DNA of 64,000 nt from Candidatus Latescibacterota bacterium (GTDB lineage Bacteria > Latescibacterota > UBA2968 > GCA-2709665): assembly GCA_965248435.1 (NCBI GenBank), contig OZ252100.1, positions 5,248,001 to 5,312,000 of the forward strand, read 5' to 3'. Numbering within the stretch: position 1 is the stretch's first letter; each line of letters opens with the position of its first letter. The notes below the pieces were generated by a model. The model made no database searches. It saw nothing but the letters and a program-made list of their open reading frames with translations, and was not told where the DNA came from. A program made the translations under genes and the position numbers. Of the stretch, positions 57,014 to 64,000 are shown in pieces.

Positions 57014-58044
57014 GATTGGTTCTCCTCAGAACTCTCCAAGTTGCTAACTCGGCGTCTGTATTCACTTGCCTGGATACCGTGTTCGGCCATTCTTACCTGA
57101 AAATACTGCCTCCCGATTCCGCTTTCCCGTGCAGCCCGTGAGACGTTGCCGCCTGCGCAGAGAAGTGCCCGATGCAGGTACTCTCGCGTGAACCACTCGA
57201 GGCTCCGTCTGCGCGCCTCCTTATAAGGATGAGCGAAGATCTCTTCGGGGGAGTCGTCGTCTCTTTCGCCAGATATGTGACCCGGCAGGTCCTCCGGGCA
57301 GATCGATTCTCCCTCGGCGAGAAGGAGTGCCGCGGAGATCGCGTGGGAAAGCTCTCTGACATTTCCCGGCCAGGGGTAGCTGATAAGCTGTCTCAAAGCC
57401 TCAGGAGTCAAGGGTCGTTCTTTGAAACCTTCATCTCTGCATTTGTCCTTGAAATGTTCGATCAGGATCGGAATGTCACTGCGACGATCCCGAAGCGACG
57501 GCAGGTGGATGTGGAGCACATTCAGTCTGTAGAAAAGGTCCTGTCGGAATCGCCCTTCGAGCACCTCGCGGTCGAGGTCTCGGTTTGTCGCTGCAATCAG
57601 TCTTACATCCGATCTTCTCACCCGGGTTTCGCCAACCGGCCTGAATTCCCCCTCCTGGACGAAGCGGAGCAGTTGGAGCTGAAGGTCAGGTTGCAGATCT
57701 CCGACTTCGTCCAGTAGCAGCGTCCCTCCATCGGCGTGCTCGACCATTCCACATCGATTGTCCAGGGCGCCTGTGAACGCACCCCGCAGGTGGCCGAACA
57801 GTTCGCTTCGCGCTATCTCTCGGGATAAGACGCCACAATCTACGACGACGAACGGGCCTGCTGCCCGTGAACTCGCTGCGTGAATTGCCCCGGCAAGAAG
57901 CTCCTTCCCTGTTCCGGTTTCTCCAGTAATCAAGACCGGGAGATCACACTTGGCTGCCAGAATGGCCAATCGCTGGACTTCCAGAATGGCTGGATGGCAA
58001 CCCACGATTGGCCTGTTGGAAGTAGACTCTAAGCTGACTGGCAT
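57010..58044 (-). CDS. Sigma54 EBP lacking an N-terminal regulatory domain (PspF-like architecture; EBP2)
   Basis: [29 protein letters not shown] and HTH; the AAA domain begins ~12 aa after ATG 58044; its stop overlaps the TPR-B start. Confidence 0.88.
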   Translation of the reverse strand: MPVSLESTSNRPIVGCHPAILEVQRLAILAAKCDLPVLITGETGTGKELLAGAIHAASSRAAGPFVVVDCGVLSREIARSELFGHLRGAFTGALDNRCGMVEHADGGTLLLDEVGDLQPDLQLQLLRFVQEGEFRPVGETRVRRSDVRLIAATNRDLDREVLEGRFRQDLFYRLNVLHIHLPSLRDRRSDIPILIEHFKDKCRDEGFKERPLTPEALRQLISYPWPGNVRELSHAISAALLLAEGESICPEDLPGHISGERDDDSPEEIFAHPYKEARRRSLEWFTREYLHRALLCAGGNVSRAARESGIGRQYFQVRMAEHGIQASEYRRRVSNLESSEENQS

Positions 58045-58099
58045 CGTCACGACCCCTTTAGCCCTCGAGCTTTCAAGGTTAACACTCTTGCCATTCCAT

Positions 58100-58168
58100 A
58101 ACAAGAAGGGTGCCAGTAAGTGAAAAAGAGGCAGGTGGAATTGGGCACGTCTATTTAAGTATTTGATC
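58100..58168 (-). promoter_or_regulatory. Sigma54-like promoter plus IHF-like site for EBP2/TPR-B
   Basis: TGGCACccttcTTGT at 58100-58115; GATCAAatacTTA at 58156-58168. Confidence 0.55.
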
Positions 58169-58229
58169 GTAAGATGTTTATTGAAATCATTCGAACGAAA
58201 GCCGGATGTCCGATTCGCATCTTGCGATA

Positions 58230-58272
58230 AAATAAGAAAGGGGCAAATCACCCGATCGGGTAATCTGCCCCT
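58230..58272 (-). terminator. Terminator after the decayed EBP3
   Basis: aggggcagattaccc...gggtgatttgcccct followed by ttcttatttt. Confidence 0.7.
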
Positions 58273-58313
58273 CGTCATTCGACCTTGTTGACTTTAGTGC
58301 GCTTTCATCCGGA

Positions 58314-59310
58314 TTATGTCTGATTGTTCAGGCGGTGTTTCTTCAACCGATACCTGAGTGCATCCCTGGACACGTGAAGCAGCTGGGCCGCCCTTGTAAC
58401 GTTGCCCTTGGCCTCTCTGATTGCTTCCTCGATGAGTCTCCGCTCAACGCCTCCAGGGAGATGCCCCAGGGCGGAAAACTAATTCGGATTTCTCCCAGTT
58501 CGTTCACATCGAGGGAGGCCTGACGCTTCTGCTCTGCAAGTTCCCTTTCTTCTTTTCCGATCGCCAGGTCATCTACGCCTACCAAGTCATTTCGACTCAA
58601 CAACACAACCCGTTCGATCACGTTCCGCAGTTCGCGGACGTTACCGGGCCAGGAATAGTTGCGCATCCATTGCTCTGCACCTTTCGAGAAGCAGTACTCC
58701 TGCTTCTGGTAGCGTAAGGAGGATGTCCTCACCGCGCTGGCGGAGAGGAGGCAGTGGAATGCGGACGACATTCAGTCGGTAGTAGAGGTCTTTACGAAAA
58801 CGACCTTCAGAAACGGCTCGCTCCAGGTCTTCATTCGTAGCGGCAATGAATCTCACATCCGAACCGATTTCGTTTGTTCCACCCAGCCTTCGGAACGTTT
58901 GTGTTTCCAGCACAGTAAGAAGCTTGGCCTGCAGTTCCGTCGGCATCAGGCCGATTTCGTCCAGGAAGAGCGAGCCCCCCTCAGCAGTTTCGAGTAGCCC
59001 CTTCTTGGATATCTTGGCGTCCGTGAATGCCCCTTTTTCGTAGCCGAACAGCTCGGCCTCCAGCAGGGTGGAAGGAATTGCAGTACAGCTTACGGCCACA
59101 AACGGATGGCTTGCGCGGTTTCCCTGGTGATGGATCTGACGCGCAACCATCTCCTTGCCGGTGCCGCTTTCTCCCGTGATCAACAGCGTGGCCGGTGTGC
59201 TGGCCACACGATCCATCAGGTGAAATACCTCCTGAAGAACCGGGCTTTCACCGACGATGCCGTCCAGGGGTCCCAGGCCGTTGGCCCCGGTCGCCTTCTG
59301 ACTGATGGCA
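58314..59310 (-). pseudogene. Decayed sigma54 EBP (EBP3), paralog of EBP1
   Basis: GESGTGKE, GAFTDA and SFPPWGI shared with EBP1. The receiver is deleted, with a frameshifting deletion near 58715 and a second frameshift near 58447 before the HTH. Confidence 0.85.
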
Positions 59311-59333
59311 ATTTGGGATGGGGATGGAGTGAG

Positions 59334-60206
59334 CTATGCCGCCATGGCGCGCTGGACGGTCTCTCCGATATCCGCAGGGCTCTTACAGACGTGGATACCG
59401 GCCGACTCGAGGGCCGCCATCTTTTCGGCCGCGGTCCCGTGCCCCCCTGAGATGATGGCGCCGGCGTGGCCCATACGCCTTCCGGGTGGAGCAGTTTGTC
59501 CTGCGATGAAGCTCACGACCGGTTTGTTCAGATTCTGCTTCACATATTCGGCTGCTTCTTCCTCGGCGGTTCCTCCGATTTCACCGATCATAACGATGGC
59601 ATCGGTTTCAGGGTCTTTCCCGAAGAGCTTTAGGCAGTCTATGAAATCGGTCCCGTTAACGGGATCTCCACCTATTCCTACACAGGTGGACTGCCCAAGT
59701 CCGCAGGAAGAGAGCTGGTAAACGGCTTCGTAGGTCAGAGTCCCGCTTCGAGAGATAACGCCGATGCGTCCTTCCTGGTGAATGTCTCCTGGCATAATGC
59801 CAATCTTGCACTTTCCAGGAGAAATGACACCCGGGCAGTTCGGGCCGACGAGCCGCGTTTTTCGCGACGCGAGGTATTGCTTTGTGCGGACCATGTCTAA
59901 AGCGGGGACTCCCTCTGTAATACAGATGACGAGGTCCAAGCCGGCATCAGTGGCTTCGGTAATTGCATCCGCTGCAAAGGGTGCGGGAACGAAGATCACG
60001 GATGCGGTTGCCCCCGTCTCCTCGGATGCGTCGGAGACCGTGTTGAAGATCGGTACGCCCTCAAATTCCTGACCTCCCTTCCCGGGGGTCACTCCTGCCA
60101 CTACATTCGTGCCATATTCTATCATTTGACGAGCGTGAAAAGATCCTTCGCTTCCCGTAATCCCCTGTACCACAAGACGAGTGTCTGCATCGACCAGAAT
60201 GCTCAT
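59334..60206 (-). CDS. sucD: Succinyl-CoA synthetase alpha subunit
   Basis: [21 protein letters not shown] and RMGHAGAI motifs; start is ATG 60206. Confidence 0.95.
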   Translation of the reverse strand: MSILVDADTRLVVQGITGSEGSFHARQMIEYGTNVVAGVTPGKGGQEFEGVPIFNTVSDASEETGATASVIFVPAPFAADAITEATDAGLDLVICITEGVPALDMVRTKQYLASRKTRLVGPNCPGVISPGKCKIGIMPGDIHQEGRIGVISRSGTLTYEAVYQLSSCGLGQSTCVGIGGDPVNGTDFIDCLKLFGKDPETDAIVMIGEIGGTAEEEAAEYVKQNLNKPVVSFIAGQTAPPGRRMGHAGAIISGGHGTAAEKMAALESAGIHVCKSPADIGETVQRAMAA

Positions 60207-60226
60207 ATTATCCCCCTGGAGCTTGA

Positions 60227-60901
60227 TCACGGTTCCTGGGATCGGGACCGAGTTTCAACCGTTCCGTCGTCGTGGCCGATGACGACGTGATCGGCCAGGC
60301 CAACAAAAAGACCACATTCGACAACCCCCGGAATGCACAGAATCTCTCTTTCGAGTCCCGGAGGGTCTTCTATGCGGCCGAACTCGCAGTCGAGTATGTA
60401 ATGACCCCCGTCTGTAATGAAGGGGCCCTCTCCATCCATTCGAATCGAAACCTGACCCCGGGGTTCAAGCCGATCCCTAACGAGTTGCCAACCAAAAGGC
60501 ACGACTTCGACCGGCAAAGGGAAGTCGCCCAGCTCGGTTTTGAGCTTGCCCTCATCAACGACGATGACTTTTAGTTGACTCGCTGACAGAATTATCTTTT
60601 CCCGGAGGAGGGCGCCGCCGCCGCCCTTGGTCATGTTGAAGCCAGAGTCAACCTCGTCAGCGCCGTCAATGGCCAGATCGATCTTTGTGCCTTCTGAAAA
60701 GTCTGTCAGCTGGATTCCAACCTCTTCCGCCAGTGCGCGGGTCGCTTCTGAGCTCGGTATCCCTCTGATCGCGAGCTGGAGTTCGCCCAATTTTCTGACC
60801 ACGAGGGATGCTGTGGACCCGGTGCCCAGTCCAACCAGCATACCGTCTTTCACAAAGGTTATGGCGTGTTCGGCGGAAACTTGCTTTGGATTTGAGCGCA
60901 C
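60227..60901 (-). CDS. rpiA: Ribose-5-phosphate isomerase A
   Basis: [15 protein letters not shown] and [11 protein letters not shown] motifs; probable GTG start at 60901. Confidence 0.93.
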   Translation of the reverse strand: MRSNPKQVSAEHAITFVKDGMLVGLGTGSTASLVVRKLGELQLAIRGIPSSEATRALAEEVGIQLTDFSEGTKIDLAIDGADEVDSGFNMTKGGGGALLREKIILSASQLKVIVVDEGKLKTELGDFPLPVEVVPFGWQLVRDRLEPRGQVSIRMDGEGPFITDGGHYILDCEFGRIEDPPGLEREILCIPGVVECGLFVGLADHVVIGHDDGTVETRSRSQEP

Positions 60902-61100
60902 GTCTGTCTCTGGTTTTGGGTAGTCGGGTGTGAATTCAGCGCGGCAAGATACACATTGGTAGATTTTTTGGCAATGGTTTTGAGCGTCGTCGCGCACGCC
61001 AAATTCAGGCGAACTCTAAGAAATTGAATGCCTTGAATCCACTCCATCTTTTTGATATCATAGTCGGTCTTTTTAGCGCACGCTTATTTAACCAAAGGGG

Positions 61101-61952
61101 ATGATCGTGGCATACTCGACTTTAGAGGATTTTTTTGGAGATATCGTGGGCAAAGCCAGAAATGGCATGGGCGTCTCTCAGGAAGAATTGGCCAGGGCCG
61201 CGCAGCTTACTTCAGCGGATATTGGTCGTGTCGAATCTTATGAACTCACGCCTGACAAGGACCGAATTCGGGCCTTGGCCGGCGCGTTGGGCCTTCATGG
61301 AGAGAAATTGGCTGGGATTGCCGGAGGCTGGATGCCTAGAAAGCCGAACGACTCCGAAGATGGGCCGAGTGCGGCCGTCGAGAGACAGATTCTCGACGTG
61401 GGAATGGAAGTAAACTGCTATATCCTAAAGTGCAAAACCACTGGGAAGGGCGCGATCGTGGACCCTGGTGGTGGGGCAAACCTCGTTTTGAACCTTGTAG
61501 ACAAGATGCAGGCCGGCATCACGCACATTCTGCTGACACACGGTCACGCAGACCATATCGGGGCTTTGGGAGAAGTGAAGGACGCAACCCAGGCTCCGGT
61601 TTATTGCAGCGAGCTGGACTTTCCCCTGCTGGGCGGAAGGGTCGATCTGGTCTCTGAGAAGGTTGACGAAGGATGGAGGACGAAGGTGGGAGAACTGGAG
61701 GTAGAGGCCGTGAATCTGCCCGGCCACACGCCCGGGGGGGTCGGTTATCGCGCGGGCGAGCTCTTCTTTTCGGGCGATGCTCTATTTGCGGGTTCGATGG
61801 GCGGTGCCCGCGGTGCGTCCGTCTACAAAGGGCAGATCGAAGCGGTTCAGAACAGAGTACTGTCCCTGGAGCGTGAGGTGAGGATTTTTCCTGGACACGG
61901 ACCGATGACTACGGTGGGGGAAGAACAGGACCACAATCCGTTCTTCGCTTAG
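61101..61952 (+). CDS. XRE-HTH + metallo-beta-lactamase-fold (glyoxalase II-like) protein
   Basis: N-terminal HTH; THGHADH, PGHT, GD and PGHG motifs. Confidence 0.88.
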   Translation: MIVAYSTLEDFFGDIVGKARNGMGVSQEELARAAQLTSADIGRVESYELTPDKDRIRALAGALGLHGEKLAGIAGGWMPRKPNDSEDGPSAAVERQILDVGMEVNCYILKCKTTGKGAIVDPGGGANLVLNLVDKMQAGITHILLTHGHADHIGALGEVKDATQAPVYCSELDFPLLGGRVDLVSEKVDEGWRTKVGELEVEAVNLPGHTPGGVGYRAGELFFSGDALFAGSMGGARGASVYKGQIEAVQNRVLSLEREVRIFPGHGPMTTVGEEQDHNPFFA

Positions 61953-61970
61953 TGAGGAGACTGGACTGGC

Positions 61971-62279
61971 CTAAGGTTTGTTTGGGCTCGCGTGTGCGTG
62001 GGCGATCAGGGAGACCTCTTCTTCGCTGAGCGCCACAGTGAGTTCATGATCTTCAACAAAGGTCGAAATCGGCCCGTCGGAGCCTTCACCGACCTCTTCG
62101 GCCATTGCGACCCACTGGCGCAATGCATTGCAGACGTTTTCGACGGCTTCCTTTCTGTGCTCCAGGCGATTCAACCTGGTCCTGAGGCGATCGATCTCAC
62201 TGACAAGATCATCAGCTTCCGTAAGGGCCGCTTCCAGTGTATCTTCGTAAAGGGACTGTTGGCGGTCGGAATCATACAT
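61971..62279 (-). CDS. Small coiled-coil hypothetical protein
   Basis: GGAGG RBS before ATG 62279; heptad-like helix. Confidence 0.6.
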   Translation of the reverse strand: MYDSDRQQSLYEDTLEAALTEADDLVSEIDRLRTRLNRLEHRKEAVENVCNALRQWVAMAEEVGEGSDGPISTFVEDHELTVALSEEEVSLIAHAHASPNKP

Positions 62280-62619
62280 GGTCGGGTCCCTCCACCGCAA
62301 TGATGAGCCCTTCGTGAGGGGGGGTTGGGCGATCGAACTATTTAATGGACCAAAACAGAATAAACATAGGGATTTCAGGCACTTGAAGTCAAGATTTAAA
62401 TAGGTCAGATTCACGGACGGAACGCGCAAAGACCAATATTTATGCAACTTTCACCCGGTTCAGGGAATTAAAAGAAACAGCAAGGCGCGGAATTAGCCCG
62501 GTGCATAATGCGTACGTGAGAAGGCCGGGAGAGGTCATCCGCTGGAAGCAGAAGTTTGGTTGTTGTAACTGTATGTTATATTGTTTGTTATGGCCCCGTC
62601 TTGGCAGCGGAACAAAGCC

Positions 62620-62635
62620 GGGCACGTTTGTTGCG
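62620..62635 (+). promoter_or_regulatory. Sigma54 -24/-12 promoter
   Basis: gGGCACGtttgTTGCg, near consensus, ~70 bp upstream of ATG 62702. Confidence 0.7.
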
Positions 62636-62701
62636 TTAAATGTCTCCTGTCGTGCAGGCCTTAAAGTACTAGGTTTGGTTTCTCTGGGAAAGGAGTGAGC
62701 A

Positions 62702-64000
62702 ATGGCACCTCGACTTTCGATCGTGATTGCGGCCGGGTTCGCTGCTTTGATGAGCTTTCTTGGGCCGGCATCGGCTCAAGAGTATTTCGGGAAGAACAAA
62801 GTTACGTACGGCAGTTACGATTGGCATTTCATCGAGTCTGAGCATTTTATCATCTATTTTGATAAGGGCTCGCTCAAGGTGGCAGAGTTTGCCGCCAAGG
62901 AGGCGGAGCGCTCGCTCGTAAAGCTGGAAAAGGATCTCAAGTATACGCTCAAGGGCAGATATCCGATCGTGTTATACAACTCACATAACGGCTTTACTGA
63001 GACGAACATCCAGCTTTCTGAGATACCAGAGGGCACGGGTGGATTTACCGAATTCGCCCAGGGGAGAGTAGTGATCCCGTACACGGGATCTTATTCAGAT
63101 TTCCGTCACGTCATTCACCACGAACTTGCCCATTCGATTACGATCGAACTGTGGACCGGAGGTGGATGGTTGGGCGCGATGGTGAACCAGTCGGCAACGC
63201 TCCCTCCCCTCTGGGTCGCAGAAGGACTGGCTGAGTACCTCTCTCATCCGGGCGGAATGGAGAAAGAGACCGACGACTTCATGCGGGATGCCACGATAAC
63301 TGGCTATGTGCCTCCTGTAGAGTTTCTCAATGGCTTTTTTGCATACCGAGGAGGGCAGTCGGTATTCTACTTTATGGCGCAGGAGTATGGAAAAGACAAG
63401 GTTGCACAATTTGTGTCGAGTATTCGAACGGCGCGGACCATAGACAAGGCTTTAAAGTCATCGCTGGGAAAGCCTTTGGAGGAGCTGGATGAAGCGTGGC
63501 AGCGCTGGCTCAAGCGCCAGTATTGGAACGAGATCAACCTGCACGACGATCCTGAGGAAGTTGCAAAGAACATGACGGATCATCGTGAAACCGGCAGTAC
63601 ATACAATATCGCGCCGAGTTTTTCCCCGCAGGGAGACAAGATTGCCTACCTGACGAATAAGAGGAATACGTTTGATATCTATCTGATGTCGGCGATAGAC
63701 GGAAAGGACCTCGGTCGACTTGTTTCTGGAGAGAGGTCCTCCGATTTCGAATCGATGTTTGTCCTGCGTCCCGGGATATCGTGGTCTCCGGACGGCCGAC
63801 GGATCGCTTTTGCGGCAAAGTCAAACAATAAGAACACACTATACATAATGGATGTCCGGAAAAAGAAGGTCGAGAAGCGCTTCAAATACGACCTGGATGG
63901 ACTGTTCGAACCCACCTGGTCGCCGGATGGCAAACGGATCGCTGTCGTAGGATTGAAGGACGGCTGGTCGGATGTTTTTGTCGTCAACCTGGAAGATGAC
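62702..64000 (+). CDS. Secreted peptidase-MA + TolB/PD40 repeat protein (partial, runs off the window end)
   Basis: Manual translation: MAPRLSIV...AQEYFGKNKV...HHELAH...WVAEGLAEY...PSFSPQG...SWSPDG...PTWSPDG. Confidence 0.85.
   Translation, partial: MAPRLSIVIAAGFAALMSFLGPASAQEYFGKNKVTYGSYDWHFIESEHFIIYFDKGSLKVAEFAAKEAERSLVKLEKDLKYTLKGRYPIVLYNSHNGFTETNIQLSEIPEGTGGFTEFAQGRVVIPYTGSYSDFRHVIHHELAHSITIELWTGGGWLGAMVNQSATLPPLWVAEGLAEYLSHPGGMEKETDDFMRDATITGYVPPVEFLNGFFAYRGGQSVFYFMAQEYGKDKVAQFVSSIRTARTIDKALKSSLGKPLEELDEAWQRWLKRQYWNEINLHDDPEEVAKNMTDHRETGSTYNIAPSFSPQGDKIAYLTNKRNTFDIYLMSAIDGKDLGRLVSGERSSDFESMFVLRPGISWSPDGRRIAFAAKSNNKNTLYIMDVRKKKVEKRFKYDLDGLFEPTWSPDGKRIAVVGLKDGWSDVFVVNLEDD

Noticed and set aside
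58045-58278. N-terminal extension of the 422-aa EBP ORF
   Set aside because: It overlaps the promoter, IHF-like site and terminator; the real start is more likely ATG 58044
59334-60206. sucD without an adjacent sucC
   Set aside because: Split sucC/sucD is common in FCB-group bacteria

Overview
This is a 64 kb, GC-rich bacterial window, probably FCB-group/Latescibacterota-like (inferred from gene content only). The 1-15 kb stretch is a minus-strand acyl-CoA/branched-chain catabolic cluster: BCKDH E1a/E1b/E2, XRE-cupin regulator, thiolase, FadE, 3-hydroxyacyl-CoA dehydrogenase, a Cys-less thiolase-fold protein plus DUF35, IDO and IcmF. A ~2 kb patchwork island of gene fragments interrupts it. 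The 15-45 kb stretch holds mostly housekeeping and metabolic genes. The 45-59 kb stretch is a convergent sigma54 signalling island bounded by two paralogous enhancer-binding proteins (one decayed). It contains a ZU5-like lipoprotein, three homologous TPR modules, a Ser/Thr kinase-ATPase-TPR protein, a sensorless His kinase, Zn-ribbon-TPR and Zn-ribbon-FHA proteins, a regulatory-domain-less EBP and an IS30. Three signals stand out. (i) Two paralogous rod-shaped ncRNA genes (5417-5579, 18934-19124) have their own sigma70 promoters and compensatory base changes, and look 6S-like. (ii) A ~340 nt structured orphan transcript lies at ~20.0-20.3 kb. (iii) The TPR/kinase/FHA/sigma54 island has visible UAS palindromes and -24/-12 promoters. 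All calls were made by eye without database searches.
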